NCBI GenBank assembly: GCA_041665365.1 | Contig: JBAYIY010000005.1 | Span: 5,946-69,945, forward strand | Length of the DNA stretch: 64,000 nucleotides | Direction of reading: 5' to 3' | Origin: Patescibacteria group bacterium | Lineage (GTDB): Bacteria; Patescibacteriota; Patescibacteriia; UBA9570 | In this document: positions 18,782-27,940 of the stretch, piece after piece | Position numbering within the stretch: the first letter of the stretch is position 1 | How the letters are laid out: each line of letters opens with the position of its first letter | Translations under genes and position numbers: made by a program | Notes under the pieces: model-generated | Told to the model about the DNA's origin: nothing | What the model saw: the letters and a program-made list of their open reading frames with translations, nothing else | Databases searched by the model: none

Positions 18782-20823
18782 GATACTTTATTGGCTGGCG
18801 CATTGATTTGCGGTGGAGTGATTGGTTTTGGTTTAACCGGTTGTGGTTGTACAGGTTTATTTGGTTGCGGTGGTACCTGTTGGGGCAATTCACCACCTCT
18901 ATTTCGCCGTCGTCGGCGCCGTTTGCGTTTTTGTCCATCACCGGTTGGAGTTGGTTGAACATTCTGTGGTTTTGGTTGTTGAACCACGGGTTTTTCCAAA
19001 ACAACACGTGGAGCCGTACCATTTTTTAATGCCTGTAGGGGCAATTCATGAATTGCCCCTACAGGGTGAATTGGTTCAATCTCATCATCCGGCACATCTT
19101 CGAACTCATCATCATTATCTTCATCAACAACCAGATCAACTTTCTTACTCCCCTCTCCTGCAGAAGGAGAGGGGCTGGGGGCGAGGTCTCTCAATTGATG
19201 ATTAATAAAACTAATCCGTGGCCGAGTTGATGCATTATTATTTTCTACTTCATCTTCTTTAATAGCTTTTGCTAATTCGACTACTGCTGGTTTATTTGGT
19301 TTTGTTTGTTCAACTTGAATTGGCTTAGCTGGTACTTCACCGGGAATAAAATTACTGGTATCAACCTGCCCATTAGTTGCTTCGGCTTCATTGACGGTTA
19401 GCTGTACACCCTCTTTAGACATTTTAGCTGGTTTGTCATCGTCTGATAATTCAGGTTCAGCAGCGGTGATAATTTGATCCGGCCAATCCATCTCATCGTC
19501 TTTGGGTGAGGTTGTTGGAGCTATCTCGGGGTTAACATTGGGTCGATTAATTTGTACGCCACTCCAACGAATAATCCGATCTTCCACCACGGCTTGAGGG
19601 CGAGCATACCGTTCGCGTGAGACTTTAATCACTTTGTCTTTATTGTCGGTGGCACCGGTGGCTGGTGGTAAACCAATAGCTGAGAATGGTTCGGTGGCCA
19701 CACCATCAACCATTAAACGCATGCAAACAGTATATTTTTTCAGATTAACAATATCGGCTGGTAAAAACTGTGGCGCGAATTCTAACTCTAACTCGGCAGC
19801 ATCAGTTGCACCCACTCGAAACACAATCATTGTCCCGACGTTACCAAACACAGCGGCTTTTACCACATCACCTAATTGTTCAAAATACTGATGCGCCATG
19901 ATTAAACACAAGCGATATTTTCTGGCTTCAGATAAAATTCCAGCAAAACTATCGGTGGCGAAATTTTGAAACTCATCAACATATAAATAGAAATCTTTCC
20001 GCTCCTCTTCTGGAATATCTACCCGGCTCATGGCCGCAATTTGCAATTTTGTAATCATCATGGCTCCCAGCAAGGCCGAATTTTCTTCACCAATTCTGCC
20101 TTTAGCCAGATTCATAATTAAAATCTTCTGATTGTCCATCACATCACGCATCTCGATAGTGCTCTTCGATTGTCCGACAATGTTACGAATAATCGCTGAA
20201 GCTAAAAACTGACCGACTTTGTTTTGAATTGGCGCAATCGCTTCAGTTCTAAATTTTTCTGAATAATTGGCGTATTCATCGGCCCAAAAGGTTTTCACCA
20301 CTGGGTCGGTCACTTTATCAACCACTTTTTTACGATAGGCTTTATCGACCAACATGCGCATTAAACCCAACAACGTGCTGCCGGGATATTCTAATAACGC
20401 CAAAATGGTATTGGTCATAATGTACTCCATGCGTGGTCCCCAAGAATCAGCCCAGATTTTCTTGAACACACCCACTAAACCATAGGCCACTAGATGTTTA
20501 TAATCTTCGCCAATACTTTCTAAAATATTAAACGCAATCGGATATTTGGTATCAGACGGATTAAAGTAGATCACATCATTAACCCGATTAGTGGGAATGA
20601 ACTCTAAAATCTTTTCGGCTAAATCACCATGTGGGTCAACTACGGCTACGCCATGCCCAGCCCGAATATCACTAATAATCGCATTTTCCAACATGGTGGA
20701 TTTACCCATGCCGGTCTTACCCACTAAATACATATGCCGGCGCCGATCATCCCGTTTAATACCAAATTTACGCCGTTGGTTACGGAAGTTAGTTTCGGCA
20801 AAGACGGCAATTTCGCTGGACAT
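18760..20823 (-). CDS. P-loop ATPase, TraD/VirD4 (type IV coupling protein)/HerA-FtsK-like
   Basis: Walker A MYLVGKTGMGKST and Walker B FYLYVDEFQNF. T4CP-like motifs VVDPHGD and LIMAHQYFEQL. The ~200-aa C-terminal tail is disordered, Pro/Asp/Glu-rich, and ends in KRKRRRRRRNRGG plus a P/Q-rich repeat. Confidence 0.75.
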   Translation of the reverse strand: MSSEIAVFAETNFRNQRRKFGIKRDDRRRHMYLVGKTGMGKSTMLENAIISDIRAGHGVAVVDPHGDLAEKILEFIPTNRVNDVIYFNPSDTKYPIAFNILESIGEDYKHLVAYGLVGVFKKIWADSWGPRMEYIMTNTILALLEYPGSTLLGLMRMLVDKAYRKKVVDKVTDPVVKTFWADEYANYSEKFRTEAIAPIQNKVGQFLASAIIRNIVGQSKSTIEMRDVMDNQKILIMNLAKGRIGEENSALLGAMMITKLQIAAMSRVDIPEEERKDFYLYVDEFQNFATDSFAGILSEARKYRLCLIMAHQYFEQLGDVVKAAVFGNVGTMIVFRVGATDAAELELEFAPQFLPADIVNLKKYTVCMRLMVDGVATEPFSAIGLPPATGATDNKDKVIKVSRERYARPQAVVEDRIIRWSGVQINRPNVNPEIAPTTSPKDDEMDWPDQIITAAEPELSDDDKPAKMSKEGVQLTVNEAEATNGQVDTSNFIPGEVPAKPIQVEQTKPNKPAVVELAKAIKEDEVENNNASTRPRISFINHQLRDLAPSPSPSAGEGSKKVDLVVDEDNDDEFEDVPDDEIEPIHPVGAIHELPLQALKNGTAPRVVLEKPVVQQPKPQNVQPTPTGDGQKRKRRRRRRNRGGELPQQVPPQPNKPVQPQPVKPKPITPPQINAPANKVSWKDLLE

Positions 20824-20825
20824 AT

Positions 20826-22319
20826 TTATACAAATGGTAAATTAGATGGCGCTTCTGGTTCGACTTTAATTGCTGGAGTTGCGGGAGATGTTTGAGTTGT
20901 TGGTGTTTCCATGACGGGTTCAACCATGACGACAGGTTTAACAGTAACACCACCGCCTTTTTCTAACTGCACCGGAATGGCAGCACTAGCCTCAGCTTCA
21001 TCATAGCGCAATAACGTCGGCGGTTCCACACCACGCGATTGCGCCTTAGCCACATACGGCGCTCGCACATCAATTGACGGAAAGTGAAATAAAGCCGTAA
21101 TCTCTTCGGTTGATAAAATAAACCCTTCATGTTCACCTCGTTCCATGTCGCGTGACTTATATGCCCAATACATCCGGCGATAACGATTCAATACCCGATA
21201 CTTTGGAAATACAAACCGCCAAGATAAACAATTTTGATCAGTCCGCGTAATTTCACCCTCAGTAAAAGAATTAATATAACGATACAAACGCAAACCGCTT
21301 AACATACCACGACGAACTTTTTTGGAATCAACCATAGCCGGTGGAGCAAAATACATAAAGCGCACTTTTGAATGAAACGGCCAACGCGAGGCTTTTTTAT
21401 CAACTTCCTCAACAAATTCCTGTTCTGGTTTAGTCATACGCTGTCTTTCTTCTAAACGAGTATCATCGTGTGTTTCGGCCGCCGCTGATTCACCGCCAAA
21501 CAGAGCCTGATTAGTCATTTGCAGTGTTGATATGACAGTAGATTGAACGTGATCCATAATATCCGGGCCAGCATGGCCAGATTTGCCTGGCTCAACTAGA
21601 TTCATGATGGTTTCTTGTGCCCGGATTTTAAGTTTACCAAGATCGGCTGGTTGAATCATAATTTGATACCACAATTTTTCACCGGGTTGCAAGCGACTCA
21701 TAAATTCCAAAAGGTTGGCAAATGGATCAACCGCCTTCTGCGCTAAACTATGTTCAAACGCCGGATAAGGTTTAATCGGTAAAACATCGTCACCTTCCAA
21801 ACGCATCTCTGATCCCCATCCGGTCACTTTACGAGAATTAATCATTTCTAATGAGATATCTTTCGTATAATCTTCGACTTCAGACATGATGGCATCGGGG
21901 TAATGAGAATAAAATGCCGCCTGCACCATTTCTTTATAATATTTTGGAGCACGTACATAATAAGTAATATAGCCACCATCACTGACAATTTCGAAAGAGT
22001 ATTGCTCTTGTACAAAACCCAACCACCAAGTTTCGTACCAATCGGGTTGGTTATAAATACCATGCAGTTGTACAAAAATCTGTTCTACTGCCTTCATACT
22101 CTGCTCATTGTTCAGCGGCACTTCAATGCGATACATGACATGTTTGGTATGGTGTTTAAACTTTTCTTGAATCCAAAACAACCAACCGGTAAAGGCCATT
22201 TTTATCATGATCGGTATAAAAATCAATGCCCCACCATGACCAAGCAAAAACCATAACGCTTGAAACGGGTTATTGCCGTACTCTTTTAAAATATATTCAA
22301 GCAGCGGGGGCATACACAA
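20826..22319 (-). CDS. membrane-anchored hypothetical protein (497 aa)
   Basis: Two N-terminal TM helices (ALWFLLGHGGALIFIPIMI / FTGWLFWI), a large soluble domain and a low-complexity Pro/Thr-rich C-terminus. It ends 3 nt before the ATPase gene starts. Confidence 0.7.
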   Translation of the reverse strand: MCMPPLLEYILKEYGNNPFQALWFLLGHGGALIFIPIMIKMAFTGWLFWIQEKFKHHTKHVMYRIEVPLNNEQSMKAVEQIFVQLHGIYNQPDWYETWWLGFVQEQYSFEIVSDGGYITYYVRAPKYYKEMVQAAFYSHYPDAIMSEVEDYTKDISLEMINSRKVTGWGSEMRLEGDDVLPIKPYPAFEHSLAQKAVDPFANLLEFMSRLQPGEKLWYQIMIQPADLGKLKIRAQETIMNLVEPGKSGHAGPDIMDHVQSTVISTLQMTNQALFGGESAAAETHDDTRLEERQRMTKPEQEFVEEVDKKASRWPFHSKVRFMYFAPPAMVDSKKVRRGMLSGLRLYRYINSFTEGEITRTDQNCLSWRFVFPKYRVLNRYRRMYWAYKSRDMERGEHEGFILSTEEITALFHFPSIDVRAPYVAKAQSRGVEPPTLLRYDEAEASAAIPVQLEKGGGVTVKPVVMVEPVMETPTTQTSPATPAIKVEPEAPSNLPFV

Positions 22320-23391
22320 CAGTATAACGACCGTCTGGTAATTTACTAAATAATCGACGATTAGTGAGGGCTAAATGAATGGTATTTTTTTTCACAATCC
22401 GTTGTTCCAATACGGCTGTGACAAGTTGATCGCGTGTTAATGGACCACGCTCGGTTAAGATTTTTTTCACAATATCAGCTACGGCGCCTTTTTCGTAACC
22501 CCACTCCTTAAGAGCATAAATGCCACGACCCACTAACACATACTGGCTATTTAAAATTAATTCATTATGCACCGTGGGTGGATGGGCTTCTTTTTTAAAA
22601 ACTTCGGTAATTTGCTGAGCAATGTCGACAAAATGCATCGGTTTACTTACTTTTTTCAAAATTAAATAGATTTTATCATTCATGCGTTTTGGTACCACGC
22701 TCCCCCACGCCCGTAAACCGTATTCATCAAATGGATTATGATCGATCGCATCACTCACTTCCAATAAAGCGATAATAGTTTTTTCAGTTAATCTTGCATC
22801 AGGTGGAATTAGGTTCATAATACCAGCTACATTGAGAGGGATATTGGCCGTACCAATAGTGCGCACTAACAAATCGAGCGACTCGGTAATAAACTTGATG
22901 TCAGCGGTCTTAATGCGCCAACTTTTCATAAAAGTTTTGTCCGGACCGACTGACATTACCCGTGCACTGAGCAATTCAGTCAAAATAAACACTAAAGCCG
23001 CCTCCAGTTCGACCGTACTTTTTTCCAATAAAACCTCACTTAATAAATGGCTCTCTTGCATGATACCCCCGTGCTCTTCCAAGGTGGTTAGAATAACATG
23101 CTCAATCGGTTTTAAAACTACTTGTAAACTTGGATGTAATTTAATTTTACTCACAGCTAGGTTTTCGATCTGACGAATCCGTTCCCGAGTCACGGTATAT
23201 GATACTCCGATCGCTTCTAGGGTTTCTTTTGGTACACCATTTAATCCGTAACGCCGCTGTAACACATCAGCTTCTTTATCATTTAATTTGGCTAAAAGTA
23301 CACGAACAACATCACCAGGTTCAAACTCCTGTTTTTCTTGATCCTCTTTGCTCGCAATAATGCGATCAAGAATAGAAACTCCCATATCCAT
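22297..23391 (-). CDS. sigma-70 region 4 domain protein with a ~290-aa C-terminal extension (non-canonical sigma-like DNA-binding protein)
   Basis: Residues ~35-85 (DVLQRRYGLNGVPKETLEAIGVSYTVTRERIRQIENLAVSKIK) are a textbook sigma-70 region 4.2 HTH. No region 2 or 3 is recognisable. Overlaps the downstream gene by 23 nt. Confidence 0.75.
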   Translation of the reverse strand: MDMGVSILDRIIASKEDQEKQEFEPGDVVRVLLAKLNDKEADVLQRRYGLNGVPKETLEAIGVSYTVTRERIRQIENLAVSKIKLHPSLQVVLKPIEHVILTTLEEHGGIMQESHLLSEVLLEKSTVELEAALVFILTELLSARVMSVGPDKTFMKSWRIKTADIKFITESLDLLVRTIGTANIPLNVAGIMNLIPPDARLTEKTIIALLEVSDAIDHNPFDEYGLRAWGSVVPKRMNDKIYLILKKVSKPMHFVDIAQQITEVFKKEAHPPTVHNELILNSQYVLVGRGIYALKEWGYEKGAVADIVKKILTERGPLTRDQLVTAVLEQRIVKKNTIHLALTNRRLFSKLPDGRYTVVYAPAA

Positions 23392-23400
23392 AATAAGCGG

Positions 23401-23429
23401 AGTATATCACTTTCTTTACAATCTGTCAA
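23401..23429 (-). promoter_or_regulatory. near-consensus sigma-70 promoter, TTGACA-17 nt-TATACT, 9 nt upstream of the sigma-r4 gene ATG (leaderless or near-leaderless)
   Basis: On the minus strand: gatTTGACAgattgtaaagaaagtgaTATACTccgcttattATG. Confidence 0.45.
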
Positions 23430-23449
23430 ATCTATGGCCTGACCTGATA

Positions 23450-24334
23450 TTATTTTTTATTGAGTAATCTTTGCCAGATTAAAAGTGATGGGCTGGCGAT
23501 AAAGATTGAAGAATAGGTACCAACTCCAACACCAATTATTAAAGCTAAGATGAAATAGCGAATACTCTCTCCCCCGAAAAGTAACAAGACAGCCAATACA
23601 ATAATGACTGTCGTTGAGGTGTTTAATGACCGCATTAATGTCTGTTCAATACTATGTCCAATTATTTCAGCAAAAGTACTCCGAGCAGACCGATGTAAGT
23701 TTTCCCGAATTCTATCAAAGACTACAATGGTGTCATGAACGGAGAAACCCAAGATGGTCAATAAAGCCGTGATAAACATGACGTTTATTTCGACACCATA
23801 ATATTTACCTAACACCACAAACACACCCAGCGGGATCGTAATATCATGTAACAAAGCAATGACTGTAGATAAACCATACGCCCAAGATGGCACCGGACCG
23901 TTAGACACTGAGCGGAAAGCCCAGGCGATGTAGATAACAATGGCTACCACTACCAGGATAATAGCCGTAATGGCTTTTTGCCTTAATTCTTGGCCGATCG
24001 TTGGACCGATTGATTCAAAACTGTCTTCAACCGCCCCTGTGCCTAAAGCCGCCAACACGGCCACCCGCTGATCATCACTCATGAATTGAGTTTTTAAAAT
24101 ATAACTATCGTCATTAACCGGTTCCACTTGCACCTCACCCAAATTTAATGCGGCGACCTGACTTGAAACCGTTTCTGGACTAGGACGTTGTGTGGTGTAT
24201 TTAACTTGTAATAAAGTACCACCGGTGAAATCAATGCCCAAATTGAAGCCGAAGATAATAATTAAAACGATACTACCACCCACCATCAAACCAGAGATGG
24301 TATACCAGACTAAACGTAAGCGTAAAATACCCAT
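23450..24334 (-). CDS. secF: protein translocase subunit SecF
   Basis: 294 aa with six TM helices. Directly downstream of secD. Conserved SecF blocks (GIDFTGGT, ILGFSVHDTIVVFDRIREN). Confidence 0.85.
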   Translation of the reverse strand: MGILRLRLVWYTISGLMVGGSIVLIIIFGFNLGIDFTGGTLLQVKYTTQRPSPETVSSQVAALNLGEVQVEPVNDDSYILKTQFMSDDQRVAVLAALGTGAVEDSFESIGPTIGQELRQKAITAIILVVVAIVIYIAWAFRSVSNGPVPSWAYGLSTVIALLHDITIPLGVFVVLGKYYGVEINVMFITALLTILGFSVHDTIVVFDRIRENLHRSARSTFAEIIGHSIEQTLMRSLNTSTTVIIVLAVLLLFGGESIRYFILALIIGVGVGTYSSIFIASPSLLIWQRLLNKK

Positions 24335-24335
24335 A

Positions 24336-25976
24336 TTATTTTTTAGAAGATAACACTTTTAATAATGTCCGCGTCACCGTGATAGCGGTAAACATACTCA
24401 AAACAATACCAATGGCTAAGGTGACAGCAAAACCTTTAATCACTGAGGTACCAAACCAAATTAGAATCACACAAGTAATTAATGATGAGACATTAGAATC
24501 GCGAATTGATAACCAAGCCCGTTTAAAACCATCGTCAATGGCACTTTGTTTATCTTTACCGCGTTTTAATTCTTCTTTCATTCTTTCAAAGATTAAAATA
24601 TTGGCATCAACCGCCATACCTAATGACAAAATAAACCCGGCAATACCTGAAAGCGTTAAAGTAATCGGCCAAAGTTTAAATATGGCTAAGAGCACTAAAC
24701 CATACACCGTCAAAGCACAGATTGCCAGTATACCTGGATACCGGTAATAACCAACCATAAATACTGCCAAACAGATCATAGCTAATAGGCCAGCTAAAAC
24801 ACTACGCTCTAAGGCCTCTATACCCAAACTAGGGCCAATGTTGCGCTGATTAACTAATGTAATTGGTACTGGTAGAGCCCCTTCATTTAAACGGCGGGCT
24901 AAGGTTTTAGCTTCATCTAATGTGAAATTTCCTTCAATGGTAGCTTGACCACCACTAATCGCTTCGTTCACCACTGGCGTACTGATAGCGCTACCATCTA
25001 AATAAATCGCAATCGTTTTACCAACATTATCTCCGGTAATTTTTTCAAATAATTTTGAACCTTCATCGTTAAACTGCAAAGCTACCAGTGGCACTGATGT
25101 GGTTTGGTCAAATTGGACTGACGCTTTTTTTAATTGTTTACCGGTTAATTCAGTATCATCATACTGTGGACCAAACACACTAATATCTAAGGGATACTTT
25201 TTATATTCAATAGTACTTATTTTCACAGCTTCGATGGTGGCGGCACCTTCCGGAGCTGTTGTACTGATACCATTTAAAACATCTAGCACACCGGTTTGTT
25301 TATCTTCCACTTTTAATATTACATAGGCATCACTTTTATCGATCAAATTCGGTATCACAGCCCCACTGTTTGCTGAAAACGCAGTATCGGCTAAGGCTGG
25401 ATCAATTTGCACACGAGAGACATAACCTAAAGCCGTATAATTATCAGGCGCTAACGTAGCAAAATCTTCCCCCGCTTTGGCTTTATCCAATGTGCCTTGC
25501 GCTTGGGTTTGTGTTTGGACATTAAGGCCATCTAAGAAATTTTTTTGATCAGCGCTGAGCGTTTGATCAGTGGACTCAGTTTTAAATTGTAACGATGGCG
25601 TTTCACCAATTTGTTTTATGGCGGCATTGATGTCGGTGATACCGGGTAATTCCACCAACACCCGCCAGTGTTCGCCCGACCGGCTACTTTGTACCACTGG
25701 CTCAGATACACCAAAAGCATTAACGCGCCGTTCAATCACATCACGTAAACCAGCTAAAGCATCGGCTTCTTCACCGGCTGCGACGCGAGACAAATCGGCT
25801 TCATATACTAAAGCCGTACCACCTTGTAAATCAAGACCTAACTGCACTTTTAATTCACGCACCATTTTGCCTTGCCAGGTGATATCCGGACCATTCGGGT
25901 AATCCACTACCGCGGCCACCACCGCCAAAGCCATAATACCACCAAACAAGCACCAAAGTTTCCGACGCACTGTCAT
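24336..25976 (-). CDS. secD: protein translocase subunit SecD
   Basis: 546 aa with an N-terminal TM helix, a large periplasmic domain and C-terminal TM helices (LGLDLQGGT, GPSLG, SMFTAITVTRTL). Confidence 0.85.
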   Translation of the reverse strand: MTVRRKLWCLFGGIMALAVVAAVVDYPNGPDITWQGKMVRELKVQLGLDLQGGTALVYEADLSRVAAGEEADALAGLRDVIERRVNAFGVSEPVVQSSRSGEHWRVLVELPGITDINAAIKQIGETPSLQFKTESTDQTLSADQKNFLDGLNVQTQTQAQGTLDKAKAGEDFATLAPDNYTALGYVSRVQIDPALADTAFSANSGAVIPNLIDKSDAYVILKVEDKQTGVLDVLNGISTTAPEGAATIEAVKISTIEYKKYPLDISVFGPQYDDTELTGKQLKKASVQFDQTTSVPLVALQFNDEGSKLFEKITGDNVGKTIAIYLDGSAISTPVVNEAISGGQATIEGNFTLDEAKTLARRLNEGALPVPITLVNQRNIGPSLGIEALERSVLAGLLAMICLAVFMVGYYRYPGILAICALTVYGLVLLAIFKLWPITLTLSGIAGFILSLGMAVDANILIFERMKEELKRGKDKQSAIDDGFKRAWLSIRDSNVSSLITCVILIWFGTSVIKGFAVTLAIGIVLSMFTAITVTRTLLKVLSSKK

Positions 25977-26521
25977 AAGCGTTTACGATAGATATAATAA
26001 CCGGCTGATAAAATAAGTAGCACACCAATCACTCCTCCTACCACCCACGGCCAGTATTTTACGGCATTAGTGTCATCCAGTACAATCGGTTTATTCCGTT
26101 CTTGCGTAACAGCATCACTAGTATAACTCCCATCAGCTTTAATATTGATAGTATGATAACTGCGATTTTTATCACCCGCTTCCAGCGCTGTGGCTAAACC
26201 TGTCACTGAATATTGAGCGACGGCAGCTTGTTGATAACTTTGTAGGATAGTTTGATCGGTCAGATTAGCCACCCGCGGATAACCTTCCGGCAATTGATAA
26301 AATGTGGCATCAACTGAGGCTTGCTCACGAAATGGCGTTAAACTACACCGATTACCCTGACAAGTGTAAATCGTAGCATCATTGGCTAAAGTAAAAACAT
26401 AATTATATCGCGTTTGTTGTTCATCGGATTGGCCATCATGCAACAATACCACATCTGATGGCTGCGGTAGAGACACAGCTTGAGCCATTAGTGGAAATAA
26501 TAAAGTTAAAAACCAAATCAT
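25973..26521 (-). CDS. hypothetical exported protein with C-terminal membrane anchor
   Basis: 182 aa with a signal peptide (MIWFLTLLFPLMAQA) and a C-terminal TM helix followed by KRL. Confidence 0.55.
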   Translation of the reverse strand: MIWFLTLLFPLMAQAVSLPQPSDVVLLHDGQSDEQQTRYNYVFTLANDATIYTCQGNRCSLTPFREQASVDATFYQLPEGYPRVANLTDQTILQSYQQAAVAQYSVTGLATALEAGDKNRSYHTINIKADGSYTSDAVTQERNKPIVLDDTNAVKYWPWVVGGVIGVLLILSAGYYIYRKRL

Positions 26522-26524
26522 AAC

Positions 26525-27916
26525 TTATGGAACATTTATTACAACATCGCCCACTTGACCCCAATTATACAACCATTCGGCATTGGTCGCATCAATGTTA
26601 ATACAACCATGACTCATTTTGTGACCAAAGTTGTGATGCCAGTAGGCATAGTGTAGGTGAAATGGTCCAGAAAAACGTAGGTTCCATTTGACGTTCTTTA
26701 AATCATAGTTATCAGGATTGTTTGTACCATAATTCCAGGTATAATCTTTCATGAATATTTTTTCTTGCACAGCAAATTGACCAAGCGGTGTGGGATATTT
26801 ATCAATCCCGGTGGAAACATAAAACTCTCGGACTAATTCACCATATTCGTAGACGCGCGTTTTTTGTTCGGATATATCAGTTTCAATATAGCGAATTAAA
26901 TCCGCTCGGCCTTGGGCGCGATTCTTGCCCGGGACGGTTACGACGTCAATCTTACCATCGCCAGTCACATCACCCAGTGCCAGGTTTAAGCCACCGCGAA
27001 AATCTGCTGGGTAAGCAAAAAAACTTTTACTGGTGTTCGCTCCATACCCTTCAAAAAAAATAACTTGTGGGCCACCACTTTGCCGAGGCGTAACCGCTAC
27101 TTCAGCCATACCATCATGATCAATGTCACCCGCGGCTACATTAGTACCACTATATAATCCGGAAAAAGCTTTCCAGTTCCCTAATATGTCACCGTTATTT
27201 TTATAAACTTTCACCCAATCTTCACCGGCTGAATAAATTGACATGACCAGTTCATCATCTTTACCACCATCCACATTGGCGGTTGTTATAGCGACACCAC
27301 CAACATTGTCACTGGCAAAAGGATGAAACTCAGTCCCCAAAAAACGACCTTTACGCGAAAACACGCGCACATCCGCAGCACCCCCTGGGCCGGCCGCGAC
27401 CGCTATTTCAGAAATGCCATCGCCGTTATAATCACCCACGGTAACATCACAGCCACCGCGAAAATTAGAAGCAAACGCAAAAAAACCTGGGCCAAATACA
27501 CTTTTGCCCGCAGCATCAAACACCCGCACCTGTGGCCCACCGCCAGCACCAACTCCGGTGATAATCTCCGCTTTACCATCGTGGTTCAAATCACCGGTGG
27601 CAACTTTTACACCAGTGCGTAAAGACTGATCGTAAGCAAACCACTGTGATACTAACGTACCGTCACCTTCAAACACTTGCACCATTGGGCCACCGTCCCG
27701 GCCGGCTCCAACCACAATTTCATCAACTCCATCGCCATCCACATCACCCACTGCTACATCAAGACCACCATCAAAACTACCATTGAGGGCGTTAAAACTA
27801 GTAGTTTGATTAAAAGATTTATCAAATACTCGTACCTCGGGTGCCATACTATCGTAGGCCAAGGTCAGCACTGGAAAACACAAACTAAGTGTTATTACTA
27901 GACCATATTTATGCAT
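26525..27916 (-). CDS. FG-GAP repeat protein fused to a C-terminal L,D-transpeptidase (YkuD) domain
   Basis: Signal peptide, then repeated GDVDGDGVDEIVVGAG..GGP.V.VF units (FG-GAP/VCBS). C-terminal YkuD catalytic motif YWHHNFGHKMSHGCINIDATNAEWLYNW. Confidence 0.8.
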   Translation of the reverse strand: MHKYGLVITLSLCFPVLTLAYDSMAPEVRVFDKSFNQTTSFNALNGSFDGGLDVAVGDVDGDGVDEIVVGAGRDGGPMVQVFEGDGTLVSQWFAYDQSLRTGVKVATGDLNHDGKAEIITGVGAGGGPQVRVFDAAGKSVFGPGFFAFASNFRGGCDVTVGDYNGDGISEIAVAAGPGGAADVRVFSRKGRFLGTEFHPFASDNVGGVAITTANVDGGKDDELVMSIYSAGEDWVKVYKNNGDILGNWKAFSGLYSGTNVAAGDIDHDGMAEVAVTPRQSGGPQVIFFEGYGANTSKSFFAYPADFRGGLNLALGDVTGDGKIDVVTVPGKNRAQGRADLIRYIETDISEQKTRVYEYGELVREFYVSTGIDKYPTPLGQFAVQEKIFMKDYTWNYGTNNPDNYDLKNVKWNLRFSGPFHLHYAYWHHNFGHKMSHGCINIDATNAEWLYNWGQVGDVVINVP

Positions 27917-27940
27917 GGCGCTAGTGTAGCAGGTTCAGTC

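Noticed and set aside
18510-19230. Cluster of plus-strand ORFs (18510-18806, 18614-18958, 18808-19029, 18843-19205, 19048-19230) antisense to the ATPase tail and the 923-aa gene start
   Set aside because: They are artefacts of low-complexity, Pro/Arg/Gly-coding repetitive DNA that is open in several frames. The minus-strand genes carry recognisable ATPase motifs and continuous coding.
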